Origin: Ktedonobacterales bacterium
GTDB taxonomy: Bacteria; Chloroflexota; Ktedonobacteria; Ktedonobacterales; JADMIN01
Length of the DNA stretch: 32,000 nt
Reading direction: 5' to 3'
Assembly (NCBI GenBank): GCA_030167145.1
Contig: CP126532.1
Coordinates: forward strand, 1,920,001 to 1,952,000
The notes under the pieces were generated by a model. It did not search any database, was not told the DNA's origin, and was given only the letters and a program-made list of their open reading frames with translations. Positions 24,594-32,000 of the stretch are shown here, one piece after another. Within the stretch, counting starts at the first letter, position 1. The number at the start of each line of letters is the position of its first letter. Both the position numbers and the translations under genes were made by a program.

Positions 24594-26225
24594 CTAATGG
24601 CGGAAGTGGCGCTGGCCGGTCGTCACCATGGCAATGCCGTAGCGATTCGCCATGCGGATGGATTCTTCGTCGCGGATCGAGCCGCCCGGCTGGATGATCG
24701 CGGTGATGCCCGCCTTCGCCGCTTCTTCCACGCCGTCGGGGAAGGGGAAGAACGCATCGGAGGCCAGCACACTGCCGCGCGCGCGGTCGCTGGCGCGGTC
24801 CACGGCGATGCGCACGCTGTAGACGCGGTTCATCTGCCCCGCGCCGACGCCCACCACCGCCAGCCGCTTGGCCAGCACAATCGCGTTGGATTTCACGTGC
24901 TGCACGGCTTTCCAGGCGAAGCGCAGGTCGGTGATCTCCTCGAAGGTCGGCTTGCGCTCCGTCACTGGCGTCAGCGCGACCTCTTGCTCGGCGATCAGGT
25001 CGGGTGTCTGGATAAGCAGTCCGCCACTCACACGACGCAGATCCAACCGGTGCGGGTCTTGGGCATCGGCAAGCAGCACGCTCGGCCCAATCGGCGCGCC
25101 GGTCGCCAGCAGCCGCAGATTCTTCTTTAGCGTCAGGATCTCCAGCGCCTCCTGTGAATAGCTGGGCGCGATGATGCACTCATAGAAGATCTGCGAGAGT
25201 TCGGTCGCCGTCTCTGCGTCCACCTCGCGGTTGAAGCCGAGAATGCCACCATACGCCGAGACGGGATCGCCCGCGTGCGCCTTGTGGTACGCCTCCACCA
25301 GCGCATCGGCGCAGGCGATGCCGCAGGGGTTGGTGTGCTTGATGACCACTGCCGCGGGCGGTCCGAAGCTCGCCACCGTCGTCAGCGCCGCATCCAGGTC
25401 CAGCAGATTATTGAAGCTCAACTCTTTGCCGTGCAGCAGCCGCGCCCCGGCGACGGTGGGCATGCTCTCGCGCTCCGGCGAATGCGGCTTGCCGTTGTGC
25501 TCGCCACCTTCGTCGTCCTGCTCGCGCAACCCCTGGCCGATGCCGCCCCAGCTATAGAGCGCCGCCGCCTGATGCGGATTCTCGCCATAGCGCAGCTTTT
25601 GCAGCCGCCGCAGCCCAATGGTCATCTCTTCGGGGAAGAGCGCGCCCGGCGTGTCGCGGCGCAGATATTCGGCGATCATCGTGTCGTAGAGCGCGGTATG
25701 CTGGAAGGCCAGCGCCGCCAGCCGCTTGCGCGTCTCCGGGCTGGTCGCGCCCGCCATCTTCAGTTCATCAAGCACGGCGTCGTAGTCTTCGGGGTGGGTA
25801 ATGACCGTGACCGACGGGAAGTTCTTCGCCGCCGCGCGCAGCAGCGTCACCCCGCCGATGTCTATCTCTTCCAGCGCCGTTTCCTGTGTCGCCCCGGGTT
25901 GGGCTACGGTGCGCGCGAAGGGATAGAGGTTGCAGACGACGAGATCAATCGGCGTGATGTTGTGCGCGGCCAGTTCGGCCATGTGCGCCGCGTCGTCGCG
26001 CCGGGCGAGGATGCCGCCATGCACCGCTGGATGCAGTGTCTTGACACGCCCGCCCAGAATCTCGGGGAAGCCGGTCACGTCGGAGACCGCGCGCACCGGG
26101 ATGCCCGCCGCCGCCAGCAGCGCCGCTGTGCCGCCGGTCGAGATAAGCTCCACTTGCAGCGCGCTCAGGCCGCGTGCCAGCCCTTCGATACCGGTCTTAT
26201 CGGCAACACTCAGCACCGCGCGCAT
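24594..26225 (-). CDS. purH: bifunctional AICAR transformylase / IMP cyclohydrolase
   Basis: [20 protein letters not shown]...[16 protein letters not shown] is the classic PurH N-terminus. GAGGAG before the ATG at 26225. Confidence 0.95.
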   Translation of the reverse strand: MRAVLSVADKTGIEGLARGLSALQVELISTGGTAALLAAAGIPVRAVSDVTGFPEILGGRVKTLHPAVHGGILARRDDAAHMAELAAHNITPIDLVVCNLYPFARTVAQPGATQETALEEIDIGGVTLLRAAAKNFPSVTVITHPEDYDAVLDELKMAGATSPETRKRLAALAFQHTALYDTMIAEYLRRDTPGALFPEEMTIGLRRLQKLRYGENPHQAAALYSWGGIGQGLREQDDEGGEHNGKPHSPERESMPTVAGARLLHGKELSFNNLLDLDAALTTVASFGPPAAVVIKHTNPCGIACADALVEAYHKAHAGDPVSAYGGILGFNREVDAETATELSQIFYECIIAPSYSQEALEILTLKKNLRLLATGAPIGPSVLLADAQDPHRLDLRRVSGGLLIQTPDLIAEQEVALTPVTERKPTFEEITDLRFAWKAVQHVKSNAIVLAKRLAVVGVGAGQMNRVYSVRIAVDRASDRARGSVLASDAFFPFPDGVEEAAKAGITAIIQPGGSIRDEESIRMANRYGIAMVTTGQRHFRH

Positions 26226-26362
26226 CGTGTGTCTCCTCTCGCCGCGCCCATAGCCAGGCGGCGTCACATGCCCTTTGCTCCAAAGGAAAGAGGCTCGGGG
26301 TGGTTCATTCGATACAGGGCGCGCTCTAAGCAGCGTAGTATCCGCGCAGCCCCGACACACTA

Positions 26363-26938
26363 TTATAGCCGCTCCATGACATCTTTGCAGACCGTTCGCA
26401 GGGTGGGGAAGACGCCCTGGCCTGTCACCGCTGACGCTTCGTAGGTCTGGACGCGCCGCCGGTTGAGGTAGCGGTCGAGCGTTGCGACGGGAATGGCGTT
26501 GGGCACGTCGCGCTTATTCCACTGGATGACGAACGGAAAGGCACCGAGGTCCTTGCCCAGTTGCCGCATGTTGGTTTCCAGTTCGATCAAGCTCTGGAAG
26601 TTCTCTTCGAGCTTCTCCGGCGTCGAATCCACGACGAAGACGACGCCATCCGCACCGTTGAGCACGGCGACGCGCGTCCGCTCGTAGAGCACCTGCCCTG
26701 GCACGGTATACAGGTGGAAGCGCACGCGGAAGTCATGCACCAGCCCCAGATCGAGCGGAAGGAAGTCGAAGAAGAGGGTACGCTCGCTCTCGGTGGCGAT
26801 GGTGAGCAGGTCGCCGCGTGCGGGCTGGGGCGCGTGGCTATAGATGTATTGCAGGTTGGTGGTTTTGCCGCAGAAGCCGGTGCCGTAGTAGACGATCTTG
26901 CAGTGGATCTCGCGGCTGGCGACGTTGATCAGCGCCAT
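26363..26938 (-). CDS. mglA: MglA-type Ras-like small GTPase
   Basis: REIHCKIVYYGTGFCGKTTNLQYIY...RTLFFDFLPL...FHLYTVPGQV...NKRD is near-diagnostic for MglA. Confidence 0.9.
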   Translation of the reverse strand: MALINVASREIHCKIVYYGTGFCGKTTNLQYIYSHAPQPARGDLLTIATESERTLFFDFLPLDLGLVHDFRVRFHLYTVPGQVLYERTRVAVLNGADGVVFVVDSTPEKLEENFQSLIELETNMRQLGKDLGAFPFVIQWNKRDVPNAIPVATLDRYLNRRRVQTYEASAVTGQGVFPTLRTVCKDVMERL

Positions 26939-26958
26939 AGTCTTCGCAACTCCGCCAG

Positions 26959-27453
26959 CTACTCCTGGAACAACTGGTCAATGGCGTTCTGCGCCGAGTT
27001 GCGGAACTGCACGCTGACGATCTGGTCTTTGGCCTGCGCGCCGCCCGCCCGCACGCGCTCCAGGATGCGATCCAGTTCTTCGACGGCCTTGCGCGCCAGC
27101 ACCTTCACCAGCCCCACATGCGTCTGCTTCTCGAAGACGACCACCAGCAGCCACTGCTCGCCGACCAGACTGGTATAGATGCTCTCGTAGATGCCCTGTT
27201 GCAGGATGCTATGAAAGTCTTTCTCGCCCAGGATCTGCGCGACCTGGCGCGAGGACGAGAACGCGCCGGCGAGCAGCGCTCCCAGCGCCAGCAGATCGCG
27301 CTCACCGACTTCGCCTTGCGTGGCGATGAGCTGGCCGCTCTTATCCAGCAGCAACACATGGCTCGCCCCGGTTTCGAGCGTGAGGCGTCCGAGCACGCGG
27401 GCAATGTGTACCAGTTCCGCCTCTGAGACCACCAGATTCGTCAGTTGCTCCAT
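26959..27453 (-). CDS. mglB: MglB-type Roadblock/LC7 domain protein (MglA GAP)
   Basis: 164 aa, directly upstream of mglA. Roadblock-like pattern HVLLLDKSGQLIATQG...LGALLAGAF. Confidence 0.8.
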   Translation of the reverse strand: MEQLTNLVVSEAELVHIARVLGRLTLETGASHVLLLDKSGQLIATQGEVGERDLLALGALLAGAFSSSRQVAQILGEKDFHSILQQGIYESIYTSLVGEQWLLVVVFEKQTHVGLVKVLARKAVEELDRILERVRAGGAQAKDQIVSVQFRNSAQNAIDQLFQE

Positions 27454-27530
27454 ATCCCGGTCTCCCTCGCCGTGCGTGGCAGCGCGCCCGCGCCTTCGCT
27501 GGCATGCCCGCGTACCCCAAAGCCGCCGTC

Positions 27531-27536
27531 ATTATA
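27531..27536 (-). promoter_or_regulatory. perfect TATAAT -10 box upstream of mglB
   Basis: Minus strand TATAAT, 78 nt upstream of the mglB ATG and 9 nt downstream of repeat R1. No good -35 element. Confidence 0.35.
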
Positions 27537-27545
27537 CGGCCACCG

Positions 27546-27583
27546 CCCCCACGCGCGCTACACCGATAGGCGCATCTGGCGAG
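27546..27583. repeat. 38-bp direct repeat R1 (copy downstream of hicB)
   Basis: CCCCCACGCGCGCTACACCGATAGGCGCATCTGGCGAG; 36/38 identical to 28224-28261. Confidence 0.9.
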
Positions 27584-27664
27584 ATAAGATGCACCACATC
27601 TCTGTTTCTATGCTTGCTATGTGGCCAGTGCTTACGTCGGTGCCAATCCGGTGCATGGCGCGGG

Positions 27665-27880
27665 TTAGGCGCTGGCGGGCACATCATGGTCTTGCGGGGT
27701 GGGGATTGCCTGCCCACGTTCACGCGCGGTCTCGATCCACATTGCGATGACTTCCTGAGCCATGGCGAACGCGGCTTCTGGCGTTTCGCCATCGGCCATC
27801 GCGCCGGGGAGGTCTGGGATTTCTACGATCCAGGCTTGATCCGGCTCGCTCCAATACAGGTGCATGCGGTACTTATACAT
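27665..27880 (-). CDS. hicB: HicB-family antitoxin (short, UPF0150-type)
   Basis: 71 aa. YWSEPDQAWIVEIPDLPGAMADGETPEAAFAMAQEVIAMWIE is the typical HicB N-domain. Starts 19 nt after hicA. Confidence 0.8.
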   Translation of the reverse strand: MYKYRMHLYWSEPDQAWIVEIPDLPGAMADGETPEAAFAMAQEVIAMWIETARERGQAIPTPQDHDVPASA

Positions 27881-27899
27881 GGCTTTCTCTTTCTAAGCA

Positions 27900-28151
27900 T
27901 TACTCGTGGCCATACCGTCGCAGTACGTCACGAACCTGCTTGACCTGGTACGGCTTCGCTTTCCCGCTCTTGCCGGGCTGGATATTGATGTTTTCCGGGC
28001 GGTCCGGGTGAACAAAGATATGGTGCGAGCCGTGCTGCCGCCATGCTTGATACCCCACATGGGGCAGCATAGCACATAGGTCTTGAAAGTCTACGTTCGT
28101 GTCCGCCTGGCCGCCCATGACCCGCCGCAAGGTCTTTTCCCATTGCGCCAC
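27900..28151 (-). CDS. hicA: HicA-family mRNA interferase toxin
   Basis: WEKTLRRVM...FQDLCAMLPHVGY...GSHHIFVHP...AKPYQVKQVRDVL. GTG start at 28151 (GAGG 5 nt upstream) is preferred, because the track ORF start at 28232 lies inside repeat R2. Confidence 0.75.
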   Translation of the reverse strand: MAQWEKTLRRVMGGQADTNVDFQDLCAMLPHVGYQAWRQHGSHHIFVHPDRPENINIQPGKSGKAKPYQVKQVRDVLRRYGHE

Positions 28152-28223
28152 CTTTGCCTCACTTCCCGTATACCTCGCATGTTCCGCCGGGCACGTAATC
28201 AAAGCCAACCTATCAGGTGACTG

Positions 28224-28261
28224 CCCCCACACGCGCTACACCGGTAGGCGCATCTGGCGAG
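28224..28261. repeat. 38-bp direct repeat R2 (copy upstream of hicA)
   Basis: CCCCCACACGCGCTACACCGGTAGGCGCATCTGGCGAG; 36/38 identical to R1, offset 678 bp. Confidence 0.9.
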
Positions 28262-28294
28262 GATGAGCGGTGAAGATCATCAAATCCTTCCCGC

Positions 28295-29110
28295 TCATAT
28301 GGGAAGCAACCCTTCTGTCAGAAATGCCAATTCCTTATCTGGACGCCTGCGCTTACATTCGAGTCCTGGGAAGCCACCCCAGCGAAAGCAGATACGCAGG
28401 TAGTTCACGAACGTGGTGTGATGCCATTCATAATCCAAGGTACTGTCACTTGCTGCATTCGGCAAGGCTACAGTGTAATCGCCTCCCCCTGGATAACCGA
28501 GCTTGAAATGCTCGTCGGGAGCTAACGCCAATGTCGGTGTCACTAACTCCTCTAGATATGCGCGGGCATTATCAAATGGATACACCCAGAGAGGATCAAG
28601 ATCATGCCGACATGGACGCCCGCCCATTAGCTCGGTATATTCTCGCATAGTGAACTGCTTACCAGATGCCTTGACTTGTGGCAGGTGAGCGAATCCTTCG
28701 GGGTCTGAAGGATCATCCACTGGATACATCCCTACCAAATTCACGGATCCAACGTGCTCATACCAGGCCCGCAGGGAAAGTGGCAGAATTCCAACCTTTT
28801 CCTCAAGGTCGTCGAGCTGTAAAATGATGTCTGGGTCGGGTTCAGTAAAAGGCGGGGGAGGGTCGAGTTCTCTTTCCAAAAATGATTGTTCACTCTGTGA
28901 ACACCACGAATATCCAAAACGATAGCCTACTTCAAGCAACCGCTGAATTATCAGCACGATGTTGTGCTTTGCGCGGCGCATCGTCTCGTCGGCGACGGCA
29001 CAAGCGTCGGTGTATACTGGTTCTTCTCGTACCCGCTCGCCGAGCGCGAGTAAATCGTCCCATACACGCTCATGTTCACCGGCGAGATAACGGCGCAAAT
29101 AATCAGTCAT
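28295..29110 (-). CDS. hypothetical protein, weak SUKH/SMI1-KNR4-like central motif
   Basis: 271 aa from the ATG at 29110 (GGGGGTG upstream). LDDLEEKVGILPLSLRAWYEHVGSVNLVG resembles the SMI1/KNR4 core. The 49 upstream codons of the track ORF overlap the uvrC remnant out of frame and are discarded. Confidence 0.55.
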   Translation of the reverse strand: MTDYLRRYLAGEHERVWDDLLALGERVREEPVYTDACAVADETMRRAKHNIVLIIQRLLEVGYRFGYSWCSQSEQSFLERELDPPPPFTEPDPDIILQLDDLEEKVGILPLSLRAWYEHVGSVNLVGMYPVDDPSDPEGFAHLPQVKASGKQFTMREYTELMGGRPCRHDLDPLWVYPFDNARAYLEELVTPTLALAPDEHFKLGYPGGGDYTVALPNAASDSTLDYEWHHTTFVNYLRICFRWGGFPGLECKRRRPDKELAFLTEGLLPI

Positions 29111-29172
29111 GATCACCCCCGCGTATGCGCTGGCACCGGTGGGACATGTGCCACACGGCGCGCCAGCCGCCG

Positions 29173-29249
29173 CTACTCCGTCTTGATGAGGCCCGCGCCG
29201 ATGCGCTCTTTGATGCGCTCCGCCAACTCTGCGCTGATGCCCCGCACCT
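29173..29249 (-). pseudogene. displaced duplicate of the uvrC 3' end (fragment)
   Basis: Translates ...VRGISAELAERIKERIGAGLIKTE* versus the intact uvrC ...VEGISADLAERIKEHIGAGLIKTE*. 71/78 nt identical to 30190-30267 by hand alignment. The frame is closed upstream by a stop at 29308-29310. Confidence 0.8.
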
Positions 29250-29358
29250 GATTGCACCTCAGCAGGCTGACCAACCGGTCTCCAGTATGCTCGCCTTCAA
29301 CACATCTTCAAATACTCAGCGGCGCGAGTTTTCGTGCGTGTTGGAGGGTGGTGAGCCA

Positions 29359-29607
29359 CTATCGCTGAGGAGTGGTCTCCACTGGCGTGATGGCGCGCGC
29401 ATGCGTCACTTCGTTCTTCGTCGCTGGGCGAATCTGGCCCTCCTGGACGGTCACGACATCATAGGTCGAACCATCTCCCCGGAAGATTTCCACCTCATAG
29501 GCTTTGCCTGACGGGTGAATATCCGCGACGGTACCCACGTCGCCAGCCAGCAGACCATACTGTGGCAGATCCACCGTCAAGACCACTTGCTCAAATTCCT
29601 GAATCAT
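29359..29607 (-). CDS. DUF4926-like small protein
   Basis: MIQEFEQVVLTVDLPQYGLLAGDVGTVADIHPSGKAYEVEIFRGDGSTYDVVTVQEGQIRP matches my memory of DUF4926. GAGGGG lies 5 nt before the ATG at 29607; the track ORF opens at 29643. Confidence 0.7.
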   Translation of the reverse strand: MIQEFEQVVLTVDLPQYGLLAGDVGTVADIHPSGKAYEVEIFRGDGSTYDVVTVQEGQIRPATKNEVTHARAITPVETTPQR

Positions 29608-29639
29608 GGAAACCCCTCTTTCGGCCCGTTCAATTTGCC

Positions 29640-29960
29640 TCAATCGAGCGCATAGGCAGAGATGAGCCGTGGATAGCTTCTTCCGCCGTCAATCATCCAG
29701 ACCGAGCGCACCTGTGGATTCCGGCCATCCGGCGATGGCAACTCCCCCTCAACGACATACTTTACCCCATCATCGAGCGGGATTTCTTTCACATACGGAT
29801 GCGTGACTACATGGTGCAACAAGGCATCACGCAACACCTGCCACTGCGCCTGCGTAAACCCATATCCGTGAAAGAATTTGGCTTTGCCGGGATTCTTCAA
29901 CAGGTAGTCGGTGATTTTTGCATCCCCAATCACCGCTTGCGCCGCATTCGGCACCAACAT
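29640..29960 (-). CDS. DUF6883-like small protein
   Basis: 106 aa with GGAGGA 6 nt upstream. The pattern PNAAQAVI...KITDYLL...KAKFF...GF...W..L...L....G.KY...LPSPDGRNPQVRSVW...PRLISAY resembles the DUF6883 family. Confidence 0.7.
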   Translation of the reverse strand: MLVPNAAQAVIGDAKITDYLLKNPGKAKFFHGYGFTQAQWQVLRDALLHHVVTHPYVKEIPLDDGVKYVVEGELPSPDGRNPQVRSVWMIDGGRSYPRLISAYALD

Positions 29961-30062
29961 CGCTCATCCTCCGGTGTTTCCCGTGAACTGGTGTTCCCAT
30001 CCTCTTCCCATCCACTCGCGGCGACGGGTCACACTGGTGGCCGATACGAGTCACGAACTCAG

Positions 30063-30076
30063 ACACCGATAGGCGC
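30063..30076. repeat. third, partial copy of the R1/R2 core (ACACCGATAGGCGC)
   Basis: 14-nt exact match to the centre of R1, with loose similarity for about 9 more nt. It lies in the leader of the DUF6883 gene. Confidence 0.6.
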
Positions 30077-30190
30077 GCCTCGCTGCTTACAATATCCACC
30101 CTCTCAATTATAGCCATACTTTTAATGGCATCTGTGGCAGGCGGGCGGGTGACAATACTGTGCCACTCCTGTGTCTGGCCAACTCTCTGG

Positions 30191-32000
30191 CTACTCCGTC
30201 TTGATGAGGCCCGCGCCGATGTGCTCTTTGATGCGCTCGGCCAGGTCGGCGCTGATGCCCTCCACCTCTGCTAGCTCTGCCGTGCTCGCCGCCGCGATGC
30301 CCCGCGCGGAGCCGAAGCGGCGAATCAGCGCCTTCTTGCGCTTCGGGCCGATGCCGGGGATTTCGTCCAGCAGCGAGCGGAACGTGCGCGTGCTGCGGAC
30401 CTGCCGGTGATAGGTGATGGCGAAGCGGTGCGCCTCATCGCGTACCCGCTGCAAGAGATACAGCGCCTGCGACCCACGCGCCATCACCAGCGGCTCCACC
30501 TGCTCCACCAGATAGATCTCCTCGTGGGTGCTGATGCTGCCGTGGTCCTCCTTGGCGATGCCGATCACCGGCACACCTACCGCCAGATCGCTCAGCACCG
30601 CCAGCGCCGCGTTGAGTTGCGGACGCCCGCCATCCACCATCACCAGATTCGGCAGCAGCGCCCACGGATCGCCCACCGCGTCCGCGCTCGCCCCCTCCTC
30701 GTTCGGCATCTCAGAGTCGTCTGGCGGCTGCAACCCATCGCCGCTATCTACGCTTTCCTCTACACCATCACCCTCCGGCTCCACTGCTTCCAGCGCAACG
30801 GATTCCTGGGCATCGCCAGCGTCGCCGGTCGTCAGCAGCCGCTTGAAGCGCCGCCGCAGCACTTCTTGCAGGCTCGCCACATCGTTCTGCCCTTCCACCG
30901 CCTTGATCTTGAAGCGCCGGTAATCGCTGGTCTTGGGCTTGCCGCCCTCGAAGACCACCATCGAGCCGACCGCGCTGGTGCCCTGGATGTTCGAGATGTC
31001 GTAGCATTCGATGCGCTGCGGCGGCGACGGCAGGTTCAGCGTCTCGCCCAGCTCTTCCAGCGCCATCGCCGTCTTCTGCGAATCCGAAAGCCACTTGATG
31101 CGCTGCTGCTCCAGCACCTCGCTGGCGTTCTGCGCCACCATCTCCACCAACCGCAGCTTGTCGCCCCGCTGCGGTAAGGTCAGCGTCACCACCGCTCCGC
31201 GCTTCTGCCGCAGCCACTGGCGCAGCGCCTCGCCGTTCTCCGGCTCGTGCTGCACGACCACCTCAGCCGGAATGTGCGGCGCGGAATCGTAGAACTGCTG
31301 CAAAAACGACGCCATAATCTCGCCCGGCTCGGTATCGCGCGTGCCCTGCAAGAGGAAGTATTCGCGCCCAGCCAGCTTGCCGCCCCGGAAGAAGAACACT
31401 TGCGCGCAGGTCTCGTCATCCGCGCCCGCCAGCGCCACCACGTCCTGATCGCCCGGCCCAGTGGTGTTGATGATCTTCTGCTTCTCCAGCACCTGCTCTA
31501 CGGCGCGCACGCGGTCGCGCAGCGCCGCCGCTCGCTCGAACTCCAGGTTCTCCGCCGCCTCGGCCATCTGCGCCTTCAGATCGGCCAGCGCCTCATCATG
31601 CTTGCCTTCTAGGAAGAGCATCACCTGGCGGATCACCGCGTCGTACTGCTCGCGGGTGGCGTTGCCCACGCACGGCGCGTTGCAGCGGTGGATGTAGTAC
31701 TGTGTGCAGGGGCGCGGCAGATACTTCTGCTTCCACTCCGCTGGTGGGTGCTCCTCCTGCCCGCGCGGCGGCGCCCAGGGCGAGCCATCATAGCGGCAGG
31801 TGCGATAGGGAAACAGTTTGTTCATCAGGTCCAGCGTCGCGTCCACGGCGCCTGAATTGGTGTAGGGTCCGAAGTAGCGGTTGCCGTCGCGCCGGAAGCT
31901 GCGTACGCGGTAGACACGCGGGAAATCTTCGGTGAGCGCGACTTTGATGTAGGGGTAGTTTTTGTCATCGCGCAGCCGCACATTGTATTTGGGCTGATAC
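30191..32000 (-). CDS. uvrC: excinuclease ABC subunit C, C-terminal about 600 aa (5' end beyond window)
   Basis: The UvrC blocks FERAAALRDR, IECYDISN, PNLVMVDGG and HRFAITYHR and a terminal (HhH)2 domain are present. The reading frame stays open through 32000. Confidence 0.95.
   Translation of the reverse strand, partial: YQPKYNVRLRDDKNYPYIKVALTEDFPRVYRVRSFRRDGNRYFGPYTNSGAVDATLDLMNKLFPYRTCRYDGSPWAPPRGQEEHPPAEWKQKYLPRPCTQYYIHRCNAPCVGNATREQYDAVIRQVMLFLEGKHDEALADLKAQMAEAAENLEFERAAALRDRVRAVEQVLEKQKIINTTGPGDQDVVALAGADDETCAQVFFFRGGKLAGREYFLLQGTRDTEPGEIMASFLQQFYDSAPHIPAEVVVQHEPENGEALRQWLRQKRGAVVTLTLPQRGDKLRLVEMVAQNASEVLEQQRIKWLSDSQKTAMALEELGETLNLPSPPQRIECYDISNIQGTSAVGSMVVFEGGKPKTSDYRRFKIKAVEGQNDVASLQEVLRRRFKRLLTTGDAGDAQESVALEAVEPEGDGVEESVDSGDGLQPPDDSEMPNEEGASADAVGDPWALLPNLVMVDGGRPQLNAALAVLSDLAVGVPVIGIAKEDHGSISTHEEIYLVEQVEPLVMARGSQALYLLQRVRDEAHRFAITYHRQVRSTRTFRSLLDEIPGIGPKRKKALIRRFGSARGIAAASTAELAEVEGISADLAERIKEHIGAGLIKTE

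Noticed and set aside
24990-25080. Acidic insertion in PurH ([23 protein letters not shown]; coordinates approximate) and acidic low-complexity linker in UvrC (about 30700-30860)
   Set aside because: These are lineage-specific linker expansions in otherwise intact enzymes. They are plausible but not informative without alignments, so they are not reported as findings.
25275-26444. 389-aa plus-strand ORF opposite purH
   Set aside because: It is an antisense shadow ORF typical of high-GC DNA, Arg/Ala/Gly-rich with no motifs. The minus strand encodes an unmistakable PurH.
28152-28232. Longer HicA starting at GTG 28232
   Set aside because: That start lies inside direct repeat R2, and the equivalent triplets occur in the non-coding R1. 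The HicA homology begins near WEKTL, and the GTG at 28151 has a GAGG upstream.
29111-29257. 49-codon N-terminal extension of the 28295-29257 ORF
   Set aside because: The extension runs out of frame through the uvrC 3' remnant and is Gly/Arg/His-rich. An internal ATG at 29110 has a Shine-Dalgarno and starts a normal-looking sequence.

Overview
High-GC bacterial chromosomal window. The gene content (RNase Y, mglBA, S53 peptidase, IS200/IS605) suggests Chloroflexota or a similar lineage, but that is a guess. Most of the window is housekeeping or metabolic: a CoA-transferase A/B pair; a minus-strand sulfate ABC operon in the order cysA-sbp-cysT-cysW, followed co-directionally by a histidine kinase and an OmpR-type regulator; an FAD-dependent oxidoreductase; aldehyde dehydrogenase; hemE; a secreted S53 peptidase; a PHP phosphoesterase; RNase Y; apt; DUF4031; an ABM monooxygenase-like protein; purH; mglB-mglA; and uvrC, which runs off the right edge. 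Accessory content comes in three parts. (1) An intact IS200/IS605 element (tnpA plus RNA-guided nuclease tnpB) with matching subterminal hairpins, inserted in a divergent promoter region. (2) A more AT-rich islet of about 2.7 kb between uvrC and mglB. It holds hicAB bracketed by 38-bp direct repeats, a SUKH-like orphan gene, and a DUF6883/DUF4926 two-gene module bracketed by a duplicated uvrC 3' end, with no recombinase present. (3) An XRE-like and HNH-like gene pair flanking a 580-bp noncoding region. The observations most worth follow-up are the integrase-less cassettes at the uvrC 3' end, a CysA ATPase fused to tandem USP-like domains, four tandem TTTTGGAACC repeats replacing the -35 of the cys operon promoter (a candidate site for the operon-encoded response regulator), and back-to-back near-consensus promoters with a shared TGCGTA operator plus a highly structured leader of about 330 nt before the peptidase gene. 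I saw no rRNA, tRNA or CRISPR array. All family assignments are by eye from motifs, and no searches were run.
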